Of a stretch of 64,000 nucleotides of DNA, positions 33,618-43,324 are shown piece after piece. The DNA is taken from positions 6,648-70,647 of the forward strand of contig JAQTRU010000001.1 of NCBI GenBank assembly GCA_028711655.1, written 5' to 3'. The first letter of the stretch is position 1. Every line of letters begins with the position of its first letter. This stretch comes from Patescibacteria group bacterium. Its GTDB lineage: Bacteria; Patescibacteriota; Patescibacteriia; Patescibacteriales; JAQTRU01. A model generated the notes under the pieces. That model saw only the letters and a list, made by a program, of their open reading frames with translations. It ran no database searches and was not told the DNA's origin. The position numbers and the translations under genes are program-made.

Positions 33618-33908
33618 TCAACGGCTGTCCAAATAATCAATAACATATTCTAACCTCTCAATAATGCTACCGTCATTATTGACCACCACCAAAGACGAGT
33701 CAAAATCATTATTCGCGTTGTTGGCGCCCAAGATATTTTGGGTAAAATCCTGGTCAGAATCAGCCGGCCCGGCCGAGGGTTCGATAAAAGCGACGTAAAC
33801 ATAAACGGTAACAACCGCGGTTAAGGTTAGAATAATAACCACAATGGCCTTTTTGCCTAATTCTTTTAGATTTAAGAAATTTATTATTTTTTTAACAAAA
33901 TTTTTCAT
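33618..33908 (-). CDS. Short paralog of the N-terminal module of 32610-33458
   Basis: Near-identical ILTLTAVVTVYVY...QDFTQNILGANNANNDFDSSLV...ERLEY. Confidence 0.7.
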   Translation of the reverse strand: MKNFVKKIINFLNLKELGKKAIVVIILTLTAVVTVYVYVAFIEPSAGPADSDQDFTQNILGANNANNDFDSSLVVVNNDGSIIERLEYVIDYLDSR

Positions 33909-34107
33909 ATTTAGATTGCCTATAGCAAAAAATAATCAGAAAAACTACTTTGGTTATCTGAACTTATTTTATCATTATTTTAAAATAATCTCAATATTAA
34001 AAACGCGCTCCGCAAACATTGACAATTAGATTAATCTCCCCTATAATCTAAACATAAAAAATAAATAATTTTTTATTTTTGATTTCTAATTTTTAATTTT
34101 GAAAGAT

Positions 34108-34686
34108 ATGCCTTTAATTCCAACAGTTATAGAAAAAGACGGACATGTGGAACGGGCTTATGATATCTATTCCCGGCTTTTAAAAGACCGGATTATATTT
34201 TTAGGCGAGCCTATCACCGACCATGTCGCCAATATCATTATCGCCCAATTTCTGTTTTTGGACGCCGAGAATAAGGACCGGGACATAAAATTTTATATCA
34301 ACTCTCCGGGCGGATCAGTCACGGCCGGTATGGCGATCTATGACACCATGCAATATGTCAAATCCGATGTCTCCACAATTTGTGTCGGCATGGCCGCTTC
34401 TATGGGCGCCACCTTGCTCGCTGCCGGAGCCAAAGGAAAAAGGTTCGCTTTGCCCAATTCGGAAATTATGATCCACCAGATTATGGGCGGAGCCGAAGGC
34501 CAAGCTGTTGACATAAAAATCAGGGCCGAACATATCCTGAAGATAAAAGACAAAATGAATAAAATCCTGGCTTTCCATACCGGGCAAAAAATCTCCGCAA
34601 TTGAAAAAGACACTGACCGCGACCGCTTTATGGATGTGGAAGAAGCGAAAAAGTACGGCATCATTGATAAAATAATTACGAGGTAA
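34108..34686 (+). CDS. clpP: ATP-dependent Clp protease proteolytic subunit
   Basis: [34 protein letters not shown]. Confidence 0.97.
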   Translation: MPLIPTVIEKDGHVERAYDIYSRLLKDRIIFLGEPITDHVANIIIAQFLFLDAENKDRDIKFYINSPGGSVTAGMAIYDTMQYVKSDVSTICVGMAASMGATLLAAGAKGKRFALPNSEIMIHQIMGGAEGQAVDIKIRAEHILKIKDKMNKILAFHTGQKISAIEKDTDRDRFMDVEEAKKYGIIDKIITR

Positions 34687-34837
34687 TTTTCATTTTCTTG
34701 TTGGGAGCTCAACTCCGGGGCCTCGGAGTTGAGCTCTTTTTAGTTTATTGCCAGATGCCGTTTTCTTGTTTCACCGCTTCAAGCATGATATAATATGATT
34801 ATCGGCCAATAATGGCTGAAAAAACAAGGAGGTTAAT

Positions 34838-34930
34838 GTGAGACCCAAAATCGGCGTAGTCTTTCTTCCTGAAGCGCAAGGCAAAGCCAACGAGAGTCTG
34901 TCGCAGAATTTCCCGAATCCGTTCAACTGA
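34838..34930 (+). CDS. 30-aa ORF MRPKIGVVFLPEAQGKANESLSQNFPNPFN, possible gene remnant
   Basis: AAGGAGG SD, GTG start, terminator at 34951-34989. Confidence 0.4.
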   Translation: MRPKIGVVFLPEAQGKANESLSQNFPNPFN

Positions 34931-35007
34931 TGGCTGTTCCGGTGCAACAAGGGGTAGACTTGCTAAACGCGAGTCTACCCTCTTTTTTTATTTTATTGAA
35001 TAAGTTT

Positions 35008-35043
35008 AGGGACTTAGTCGCCACAGAGGCGACTAAGTCCCTA
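35008..35043. repeat. REP-like palindrome, second copy at 55389-55424
   Basis: agggacttagtcgcc-acaga-ggcgactaagtccct; second copy differs by one base. Confidence 0.85.
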
Positions 35044-35162
35044 TATTTCAGAATGTGATGATTCTTTTTCCCCATTCAATCTTGATTTTCCAAGCTCTTT
35101 ACAAACCTTAAATCTTATGCTAAGATAATTTTACAAACTTAAATTAAATTAATAACGAATAG

Positions 35163-35353
35163 TGTTGTTAGGAAAAGGAATAATTTTTTAAAGATTTTTC
35201 CAATATCATCGGACAAACCCAATAAATTTGTGAAAATAACTAATTACTCTAGAATATTCTCTGGAACAAAAATCAAAAAATCGTTTGTCGGCCTTAATAA
35301 TTTAGGGCTTATTGTATTGCGAAAAAACAATTAAATTCAACCTCCTGACAACA
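35163..35353 (+). ncRNA. ssrS: Candidate 6S RNA
   Basis: 191-nt rod: 11-bp closing stem tgttgttagga/tcctgacaaca, central AU-rich bubble, caata/tattg, gacaaac/gtttgtc; directly upstream of rny. Confidence 0.5.
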
Positions 35354-35365
35354 GAAATAAATTCT

Positions 35366-36880
35366 ATGGAATATGCGATCTACCTTATTCTGGCTGTGGG
35401 CGGTTTTTTTATTGGCTACTGGTTAAGAAAAAGAAAAGCTTTAAGCGAAATTAACAGCGCCGAGGCTCGCGCCGAAAAAATTCTAAACGACACCAAGGTT
35501 AAACAAAAAGAGTTGCTGCTCGTTGCCCAGGATAAAGCTTTGAAAATCATTGAGGAAGCAAAAAAAGAGGAGGGACAAAGGCGAAAAGAAATAAATAACC
35601 TGCAAACCAGACTGGAAAAAAGGGAAACCGCTTTTTCCCAAAAATTATTGGAATTGCAGGAAAAGCAACAGCAGCTTTTTGACAAAGTCAACAGAGTGGA
35701 GGAAGTAAAGGAAAAAATAAAACAAATCAAAGAGGAGCAGATGGTAAAACTGGAAAAAATCGCCAAGATGACAAAAGACGAGGCCAAAGAAGTTTTGTTA
35801 AAAAATGTCGAAGAAAAAGTAAAAGAGGATCTGCTTGTCCGCATTAATAAGTTGGAAAAAGAAGCTACGGAGACTATAGATGAAAAAGCCAAAGACCTGA
35901 TGACCGGGGCTATGCAACGCCTGGTTTCTTCCTACACTCCGGAAATAACAACGACCACGGTTGATTTGCCAAACGATGAAATGAAGGGCCGGATTATCGG
36001 CCGGGAAGGCCGCAACATTAAAGCGATTGAACAAATAACCGGCGTGGAAATTATCGTGGATGACACGCCGAACGCCATTACCATCTCCGGCTTCTCACCC
36101 ATAAGGCGACACATTGCCAAAAGGGCTTTGGATTATTTAATTAAAGACGGACGGATCCATCCGACCAAAATTGAAGAAGCGATTGAAGAAGCGAAAAAAG
36201 AACTGGCTTTGGATATTAAAAAAGCCGGGGAAGAAGCCATGTATGAAATCGGTGTGGCCGGCCTTGACCCGAAATTAGTCCAGATTATCGGCCGCTTGAA
36301 ATACCGCTCCAGCTACGGGCAAAACGCCCTTGGCCATTCCATAGAAGTGGCCCATCTTTCCGCTCTTTTAGCCGAGGAATTAAAAGCCGATGTGACCTTA
36401 GCTAAAAAAGCCGGTTTGCTTCATGATATTGGAAAAGCCGTTGACCATGAAGTGCAAGGGACTCATCCGGAAATCGGCCGCGATATCGCCAAAAAATTCA
36501 ATTTGCCCCAAGAAGTTATTGATCCGATTGAAACTCATCACGACGACCATCCGCGCGGCCTGACTGCCGTAATCGTTAAAGTGGCAGACGCGATTTCCGC
36601 GGCCCGTCCAGGAGCCCGTTATGACACTTATGAACGTTATATCCAGCGCCTGGAAGAACTGGAAAAAATCGCCACTTCTTTCCCGGGAGTGGAAAAATCT
36701 TACGCGATTCAGGCCGGACGCGAAGTAAGGGTTTTTGTCATGCCAGAAGAAATTGACGATTTGAAATCTCATGATTTGGCCCGCGACATAGCGAAAAAAA
36801 TAGAAGAAGAGTTGAAATATCCGGGAGAAATAAAAGTTAATGTTATCAGGGAAATGCGGGTAACGGAATATGCGCGCTAA
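35366..36880 (+). CDS. rny: Ribonuclease Y
   Basis: TM, coiled coil, KH (MKGRIIGREGRNI), HD (LLHDIGKA). Confidence 0.97.
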   Translation: MEYAIYLILAVGGFFIGYWLRKRKALSEINSAEARAEKILNDTKVKQKELLLVAQDKALKIIEEAKKEEGQRRKEINNLQTRLEKRETAFSQKLLELQEKQQQLFDKVNRVEEVKEKIKQIKEEQMVKLEKIAKMTKDEAKEVLLKNVEEKVKEDLLVRINKLEKEATETIDEKAKDLMTGAMQRLVSSYTPEITTTTVDLPNDEMKGRIIGREGRNIKAIEQITGVEIIVDDTPNAITISGFSPIRRHIAKRALDYLIKDGRIHPTKIEEAIEEAKKELALDIKKAGEEAMYEIGVAGLDPKLVQIIGRLKYRSSYGQNALGHSIEVAHLSALLAEELKADVTLAKKAGLLHDIGKAVDHEVQGTHPEIGRDIAKKFNLPQEVIDPIETHHDDHPRGLTAVIVKVADAISAARPGARYDTYERYIQRLEELEKIATSFPGVEKSYAIQAGREVRVFVMPEEIDDLKSHDLARDIAKKIEEELKYPGEIKVNVIREMRVTEYAR

Positions 36881-36951
36881 CGCGCTAGTAGAAAGTTATA
36901 AAGTTGAAAGTTATAAAGTCTTACTTTCAACTTTATAAACTTTATAACTTT

Positions 36952-37743
36952 ATGAACTTATTATTTCTCGGCGACATTAACGGCAAAATCGGCCGGCAAG
37001 CCGTGGCTAAAATTTTACCCAAACTAAAAAAGTCTAAAAAAATAGACCTCGTTTTTGCCAATGCGGAAAATATCGCCCACGGCACCGGCGTAACCGAAGA
37101 TACCTTGAAAGAATTAAAAGAGGCCGGCGTGGATTATTTTACCGCCGGCGACCACGCTTTTGATAAAATAAAACAGATTGATTGCTATGAAAAATTTCCG
37201 ATTATCCGGCCGGCCAATTTTCCGAACGGAGCGCCGGGGCAGGGTTATGCGGTTTTGGAAAAAGGAAAATATAAAATATTGCTAATTAATCTTATTGGCC
37301 GGGTATTTATGGCCCAAGATTACGACTGCCCTTTTAGGGAAGTGGATAAAATTCTGGCTAAGTTTGCAAAAAAAAGCGTATCTGCTATAATTATTGATAT
37401 ACATGCCGAAGCGACTTCGGAAAAAATTGCCTTAAAACATTATTTGAACGGACGAGCCAGCGCCATTGTCGGAACTCATACGCATGTTATGACTGCGGAC
37501 GCGGAAGTTTCCAAGGAAGGAACAGCTTATATAACGGACATCGGCATGGTTGGTTTTGCTGACGGCTGCATCGGGGTCGATAAAGAAGGTATTATAAAAA
37601 CTTTCTTAACCCAGATGAAACAACCGCACTTCATACCGGAAAACGGACGGACAATCTTTAATGCCGTTTTAGCCGAAATTAATCCTAAAAATGGAAAAAC
37701 CAAAAGCATAAAACCGATAATTAAAACTACTAATATAGAATAA
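36952..37743 (+). CDS. ymdB: YmdB family metallophosphoesterase
   Basis: GDINGKIGR, NAEN, DIHAEATSEK, GTHTH; follows rny. Confidence 0.92.
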   Translation: MNLLFLGDINGKIGRQAVAKILPKLKKSKKIDLVFANAENIAHGTGVTEDTLKELKEAGVDYFTAGDHAFDKIKQIDCYEKFPIIRPANFPNGAPGQGYAVLEKGKYKILLINLIGRVFMAQDYDCPFREVDKILAKFAKKSVSAIIIDIHAEATSEKIALKHYLNGRASAIVGTHTHVMTADAEVSKEGTAYITDIGMVGFADGCIGVDKEGIIKTFLTQMKQPHFIPENGRTIFNAVLAEINPKNGKTKSIKPIIKTTNIE

Positions 37744-37846
37744 CCCTACGAATTACGAATATATACGAATGTACGAATTCCCCAATAAACGCCTTAATTT
37801 AATATTCGTATATTCGTAACGAATTCGTAATTCGTAGAATAAAAAT

Positions 37847-38131
37847 ATGAATAAGGCAGGATTAATTGAAAAAATAGCCGAAGCCGCGGCCGTAACGAAA
37901 AAACAGGCTGAGGACATGATTGAAACTTTGGTAAAAACCATTGTCTCCGAATTAAAATCCGGGGGCGAGGTGACCATTGCCGGTTTTGGCACGTTTCTGG
38001 CCAGAACCCGCCACGCCCGGGGCGGTGTTAATCCGCAGAAACCGACGGAAAGAATTAAAATCCCTGAAGTAAAAGTGGCAAAATTCAAAACCGGAAAAAA
38101 TTTAAAGGACGCTTTAAAAGGCAAAATATAA
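37847..38131 (+). CDS. hup: DNA-binding protein HU
   Basis: MNKAGLIEKIA, GFGTF, GVNPQ, FKTGKNLK. Confidence 0.95.
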   Translation: MNKAGLIEKIAEAAAVTKKQAEDMIETLVKTIVSELKSGGEVTIAGFGTFLARTRHARGGVNPQKPTERIKIPEVKVAKFKTGKNLKDALKGKI

Positions 38132-38245
38132 TTTTTTACAGGTTAAAATAAAAAAACAACCCGTTTGTTTTAAGGGGTTGTTTTTTATTGAAAAAAATAG
38201 GGTTATGCCGCTCTAGACATAACCCTCGAAGATAAATCAAAACTA

Positions 38246-39190
38246 TTAAAGATACAGCTGACGAAAATCTCTTATGATTTGTCTGGCGGTTTCCGAATTC
38301 TTTGGATCAAAAGGAATTTCCAGACAAATTATTTCCATTGTCCGGAGAGCTTCCTTAACCGCCGGAGAAAAATTGGCAAGGTGATCATGGGTGTCAATCA
38401 ATATTCCCTCGGGGGGTATGCCGGAGAAATGGCAAACCGGACTATGCGGCAAGGCAAGATAATCAGCAACGGCCTGATTAATATCTTTCCATTTCTCGGG
38501 GATTGCCATAAAACCCTTTTTTGCTTGGTTAACCATTACAGCCAAATGGGTAAAGTCAATCAGGCATTTCCAGCCCAACCCCAAAGATCCAAATAAATGT
38601 TCCATATCTTCCGGAGTGCCGCCAAACCCCCAGTAGCTGCTCCGGCTCCATGGGCTTGTGTCCTCATCTGGTGGATAAAAAGATTTACCAACGATCGGAG
38701 GAACGTTTTCCAGTAAAATATTATTCCCGGAAAACGCGGCCAGAGAGGAAACAACCCTTGAAAAAGATATATAATCCGCCTTGCTTTCCCCATAGCCAGG
38801 ATGAACTACTATCCCTCTTGCATTATATCCGAGTTCTTGAGTTTCTTTAGCTATCCTTAGCGACCAGCGCAAGGTCTCAAAATTCCAGTTCTCCCAAGTA
38901 TAAAAAGAAGAATGACGACCAAATACGCCGAGCTCATCAAAATTTTCACCGAAGTCAACGCCAATATTTTCCGCCCCGCAATGGATAACCACTTCTTTGC
39001 CCGGCAACCTTGATAAAATTTTCCTTAACCAAGATTTATCATCCGCCAGGCCGGGCGTAAAACAAGGGTGCGCCACTCGCAACTGGATACCCTGGATAAA
39101 ACCGGCTCTAAAAAGCCCTTGCTGGAGAGTAAAATATTCGTCTCCGGAAACAAGATTTTCCCAAAAAAGACCGCCAAAAATTTGAGGCAT
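38246..39190 (-). CDS. Hypothetical protein, probable TIM-barrel (xylose isomerase/AP endonuclease-like)
   Basis: VVHPG, LLENVP, LIDFTH, CHFSG, DTHDHL metal-ligand pattern. Confidence 0.55.
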   Translation of the reverse strand: MPQIFGGLFWENLVSGDEYFTLQQGLFRAGFIQGIQLRVAHPCFTPGLADDKSWLRKILSRLPGKEVVIHCGAENIGVDFGENFDELGVFGRHSSFYTWENWNFETLRWSLRIAKETQELGYNARGIVVHPGYGESKADYISFSRVVSSLAAFSGNNILLENVPPIVGKSFYPPDEDTSPWSRSSYWGFGGTPEDMEHLFGSLGLGWKCLIDFTHLAVMVNQAKKGFMAIPEKWKDINQAVADYLALPHSPVCHFSGIPPEGILIDTHDHLANFSPAVKEALRTMEIICLEIPFDPKNSETARQIIRDFRQLYL

Positions 39191-39501
39191 GCCAGACCCA
39201 CCTTTCTGATTTTGTCTTTATTTGTTGATATTTTTAAAGGACCATTAAAATTATATCACTCTATCATATTTTCACTATTCAGTCAATCTAAAAATAATTC
39301 CAAAGGATAGGGGGGTTGTTTTTTATTGAAAAATATGCTAATATAATCTTGAACTCCCCTGGGAGTTCTTTAAATTAGCGCTCGTAGCTTCCGCCTTCGT
39401 CCTTCGATAAACTCAGGACTGCGGCGGGTAAGCGACTGGATAGAGCGCGTGTTTTCCCTGCCTGCCGGCAGGCAGGGGACCAATTATTTTTTTGCCGTTT
39501 T

Positions 39502-39703
39502 GCTCCTGTGGTGAAATGGATATCACGCTTGGCGGAGTTTATCCCGCTTAAAGCGTACCCGTAGCTCAATGGATAGAGCGCTTGGCTTCGGACCAAGAGG
39601 TTGTGGGTTCGACTCCTGCCGGGTACGCTTTGTGCGGGAGACCAAGAATTTCGGGCCTGCCCCGCACCGCAAAGGGTGCGGGGTTCGAATCCTGACGGGA
39701 GCA
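39502..39703 (+). pseudogene. Middle degenerate tRNA-Arg-like gene, interrupted in anticodon loop and T arm
   Basis: GCTCCTG TG GTGA AATGGATA TCAC G CTTGG [insert] GA CCAAG AATT TCGGG [insert] TTCGAAT CCTGA CGGGAGC A. Confidence 0.75.
39555..39627 (+). tRNA. tRNA-Arg(TCG)
   Basis: Complete cloverleaf GTACCCG...CTTGG CT TCG GA CCAAG...TTCGACT...CGGGTAC G. Confidence 0.95.
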
Positions 39704-39818
39704 CACCTGGTAAAACAAAAATTCTAAGAATTACTTTTTCGACTCCCTGCCTACCGGCAGGCAGGCTGCCGGGCGCGCTTTGCGCGGGAGACTGGGAACC
39801 AAAAATAAATCAATAGCT

Positions 39819-40085
39819 ATGGATTATCATCTTATTATTTATTTTTTAGCTGGCGTTCTGCAAGACTTCTTACTAACCCTTAATTGGCGATTTATAGCTA
39901 AAGAGAAAGCTATTTCTGCGGCCGTTCTTTCTTTCGCCGTAACTATAGTAACAATGCTTGTGCTTTATAATATTTTAACCCAACTTGATAAGCAACGGAG
40001 TCTAATCGCAATTATAGTTTATGCTTTAGGCATAAGCGCGGGCACAATTTTGGGAATAAAAACAAAAATTACTTCTAAAAATTAA
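39819..40085 (+). CDS. Small membrane protein (DUF2179/DUF5698-like)
   Basis: Three TM helices ending YALGISAGTILG. Confidence 0.6.
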   Translation: MDYHLIIYFLAGVLQDFLLTLNWRFIAKEKAISAAVLSFAVTIVTMLVLYNILTQLDKQRSLIAIIVYALGISAGTILGIKTKITSKN

Positions 40086-40147
40086 AAATTGTCGCAATAG
40101 CGACACCTAAATTTTACATTTTAAATTTTACATTTTAATTTATTTAT

Positions 40148-40221
40148 GGCTGGGTAGCTCAGTTGGTTAGAGCGTAGCACTCATAACGCTAAGGTCGAGG
40201 GTCCGATCCCCTCCCCAGCCA
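40148..40221 (+). tRNA. tRNA-Met(CAT), probably elongator
   Basis: GGCTGGG...CT CAT AA...CCCAGCC A; atypical T loop TCCGATC. Confidence 0.88.
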
Positions 40222-40317
40222 CAAAGAATTTCAGATTTATGATTTTAGATTTTAGATTTAAATCTGAAATCGGCAATCCCTGCCTGCCGGCAGGCAGGTT
40301 AAATCAAAAATCAAGGG

Positions 40318-40390
40318 GCACCGTTAGCTCAATTGGTAGAGCAGATCCCTCTTAAGGATAAGGTTGCAGGTTCGATTCCTGCACGGTGCA
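40318..40390 (+). tRNA. tRNA-Lys(CTT)
   Basis: GCACCGT...CT CTT AA...TTCGATT...ACGGTGC A. Confidence 0.95.
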
Positions 40391-40452
40391 CAAAAAAATC
40401 GTAGAGGTGAAAAGTTTTTTACCTCTACGATTTTTTTGTACTATAATCCTAT

Positions 40453-41793
40453 TTAAAGATTCTTTTCCAAAAATTCTCTTACCTCTTTTTCTTTTTCCTC
40501 GGCGATTTCTTTCGTTTCCCCCTCAATCGTAATCCTAAGCAATGGCTCGGTATTGGACGGCCGAATATTAATCCACCAATCTTTATATTCAACGGTTAAG
40601 CCGTCCAATTCATCCTGCGCCCCGTCTTTAAATCTTTCCCGAGCGGCCGCTATTATTTCTTCGGTTTTTTCAGTTTTCATATTGATTTCGTCCAAACGGT
40701 AATAAGGATTAAGCCCGCTTACAATTTCTGATAATTTTTTTTCCTCTTTGGAAATCAGGGCCAGGAGGATAACAAAAGCAATAAAGCCGGAGTCGGCGTA
40801 ATAATTGTCCCGAAAACAGTAATGCGCCGAAACTTCTCCCCCCATAATTCCGCCATTGTCTTTCATGGCTTTGGCCACATTGACAAACCCGACGGCGGCG
40901 CGCAAAGGCCGGCCGCCCCAGTCTTTTACTTTTTCCCGAACCGCCCGGCTGCAAATCGCGTTATAGGCGATACCGGCGCCCGGTTCTTTTTTTAAAAAAT
41001 ATTTTGCTAAAATCAACAGGGTGGTGTCAGCTTGAATAAATTCTCCTTTTTCATCAGTAAAAAACAAACGATCGGTATCCCCATCCATTATTATGCCAAA
41101 ATTCGCATTTTCTTCCCTTACTTTTTCCGAAATCTGTACCTTTGATTCGGGCAGCAAAGGATTGGAAGGGTGGGCGGGGAAATTTCCATCAAGCTCAAAA
41201 TTCAAAGGAATTAGCCGGCAGGGCAATTTGGCAAAAAGCAAGGGCATAACTTTTCCGGCCATGCCATTGCCGGCATCAACCACAATTTTAAAAGGTTTGA
41301 TTTCCCCCATATCGGCGAAAGATAAAACATGCTTTAAATAATCGAAAATTACATCTCTCTCTTTAATTTCACCCCTTGGCTCTTTGGAAGCAAAATTTTT
41401 GCCGCGCAAAAATTCATATAATTGGTTTCCCCGTATCATCTCTATGCCGTTATCTCTCACCACCATCTTAAAGCCGTTATATTCTTTCGGGTTATGCGAA
41501 GCCGTCACCATTATTCCGCCGTCATATTTATAATGGCCGACAGAAAAATAAACCGCATCAATCGGCACCTGGCCCAAATCGTCAACATTAACCCCCTGGT
41601 CAGCCAAACCGGCGGCAAATCTTTCCCCGAGACTGTCAGAGCCGATTCTCATATCCCGGCCGATTGCCACCTTTTTCACGCCGGTTAAGTTGGCATAGGC
41701 CTGACCGGCTAAAAAAGCGGTGGCTTCATTCAGCTCATCCGGATAAATTCCCCGGATATCGTAAGATTTGAATATTTTTGGATTTAGAGTCAT
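40453..41793 (-). CDS. Phosphomannomutase/phosphoglucomutase
   Basis: FKSYDIRG, TASHNP, DGDTDR, GGEVSAH, RPSNTEP. Confidence 0.95.
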   Translation of the reverse strand: MTLNPKIFKSYDIRGIYPDELNEATAFLAGQAYANLTGVKKVAIGRDMRIGSDSLGERFAAGLADQGVNVDDLGQVPIDAVYFSVGHYKYDGGIMVTASHNPKEYNGFKMVVRDNGIEMIRGNQLYEFLRGKNFASKEPRGEIKERDVIFDYLKHVLSFADMGEIKPFKIVVDAGNGMAGKVMPLLFAKLPCRLIPLNFELDGNFPAHPSNPLLPESKVQISEKVREENANFGIIMDGDTDRLFFTDEKGEFIQADTTLLILAKYFLKKEPGAGIAYNAICSRAVREKVKDWGGRPLRAAVGFVNVAKAMKDNGGIMGGEVSAHYCFRDNYYADSGFIAFVILLALISKEEKKLSEIVSGLNPYYRLDEINMKTEKTEEIIAAARERFKDGAQDELDGLTVEYKDWWINIRPSNTEPLLRITIEGETKEIAEEKEKEVREFLEKNL

Positions 41794-41797
41794 AAAT

Positions 41798-42522
41798 TTA
41801 TTTTTTAGCAATTTTCCAAAAAGTCCGGAAATATTGCAGATAACCTAAAGCCACTTCTTTATTAATTATTTCAATTAAAATAAGCGGAGTCGTATATATC
41901 TGGATAAAAACCCTGTCTTTAAAAATTTCCGTATTGGCTGGGACTAAATACTTTTCCGGCAGATACTTAGTCGTCCGGGCAAAACTGCTTTGATGCTCTT
42001 CTATCTCTTTTCTCTGCCAGGAAAAAGCGATCATACTTAAAACAATTTTTTTTTCTTTCAAAAAATTCTCATAGCTTAAAAATAAATTTCCCATGGCTTC
42101 TACCCATTTATCGCCCCCGGCGCCGATTGTATAAACTTTATCTCCCCTTTTTAAATCTTTCATAACTCGGCGGTACGCCGTCTGCCAGCCTTCTTTTCCT
42201 TCATAAATATTAACCTGCGGGGCTTTAAAACGGCTTTTAGTCCTTATTTCGCAAGCGACCTTTACCGCCAGATCAAATTGGTCCCTAGCCTGATTACTTA
42301 AAACTTCGGGGTTGCCTACTTTAAAATATTTCTTTCCTTTTTTTATCGTTTCCTTAACCAAATCTCTTTTTTTAAGATTATCAAGGCTCTCATAAACAAT
42401 ATTCCGGTGTTTGCCAGTTTTTTTATTATTTCTCCCGAAGGCGTTTCCCCGCTTTCAAGCAAAGCGCAAAAAACCAAAGATTCATTCGGGGATAAACCTA
42501 ATTTTATCAGTTCTTCCCGCAT
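41798..42522 (-). CDS. TrmB-family transcriptional regulator, split by a -1 frameshift at A7 run 42418-42424
   Basis: MREELIKLGLSPNESLVFCALLESG...IIKK continues in the -1 frame as TGKHRNIVYESLDNLKKRDLV (HTH), then IYEGKEG. Confidence 0.8.
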
Positions 42523-42660
42523 ATGGATAATTTTACCCTATTTTTAGTAAAAAAACAAGTTTAAATAACTATCATCATAAAAGTATTGACATATTATATA
42601 AACTATGCTATATTAATATATTAAAAATGTTCCTTTTATTTCAACCCTTTATCAGGAGGT

Positions 42661-43260
42661 ATGGCCATGAAAAAGCTGCTGATCACCCTCGTTCTGTCTG
42701 CCCTGCTTTTCGCCAGCTCGGCTTCAGGCCAACATCTGTTTGATACCCGCTTTTTGCTCGGAAATTCAGCTTCGCTGAAATTTGATCATTTTCACGACTG
42801 GCAGAATTGGACCAGCTTTGTGGAAATTTCGCCGACCGGACAATACGCTCTGCTTGAGTTCGGGCCGAAATTCAACCTGCCGATCGGCGCCTTAAAACTG
42901 CGAGCCGGCTTCAACATAACTTCAACTTCAGCCGGGGCTGAATATATCGACCAGCAGGCTCTAGTATTTCTCGGCCACTGGGGTAACCTGACCCTGCTCT
43001 CCGTTAATGAAATAGAAGATATAACCAGAGGCGATCCTTTCCATTGGTCAGCTGACCAATATTATTATGAGCATGATCTAAAATACGGCTGGCTGGGGAT
43101 TCATGCTGAAGCGGTCTGGTGGGAGAAAAATTACAAACCCTTTACCGGACCGACTTTTTCCTTCCCGGTCGGCCAAGGCCATTTGGTTGTCTGGCCGGGC
43201 TGGCAAATAGGCGAAGGAAAAAGAACTCTGGCGGTTGAATACAATCTTTTCTTTAAATGA
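42661..43260 (+). CDS. Hypothetical secreted, beta-rich protein
   Basis: AGGAGG SD, own promoter, signal peptide, aromatic alternating strands. Confidence 0.65.
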   Translation: MAMKKLLITLVLSALLFASSASGQHLFDTRFLLGNSASLKFDHFHDWQNWTSFVEISPTGQYALLEFGPKFNLPIGALKLRAGFNITSTSAGAEYIDQQALVFLGHWGNLTLLSVNEIEDITRGDPFHWSADQYYYEHDLKYGWLGIHAEAVWWEKNYKPFTGPTFSFPVGQGHLVVWPGWQIGEGKRTLAVEYNLFFK

Positions 43261-43324
43261 TTTATAAGGAAAATACAAAGCGGACTTCTTAAGACAAGAA
43301 ATCCGCTTTTTTATATCAAGCCCT

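Larger units (their letters stand above)
39378..39777 (+). pseudogene. Outer degenerate tRNA-Arg-like gene, disrupted by several palindromes
   Basis: GCGCTCG-TAGCT...CTGGATAGAGC...TTCGACTCC...TGCCGGGCGCG; acceptor arms pair. Confidence 0.65.

Noticed and set aside
30744-34000. Complete DGR cassette (RT, Avd, TR)
   Set aside because: No reverse transcriptase motifs and no AAC-rich template copy were seen in the window.
39375-39816. ORFs 39375-39704 and 39601-39816
   Set aside because: They are translations of tRNA and palindrome sequence.
39300-40450. Prophage or integrative island at the tRNA cluster
   Set aside because: No integrase or phage gene nearby.
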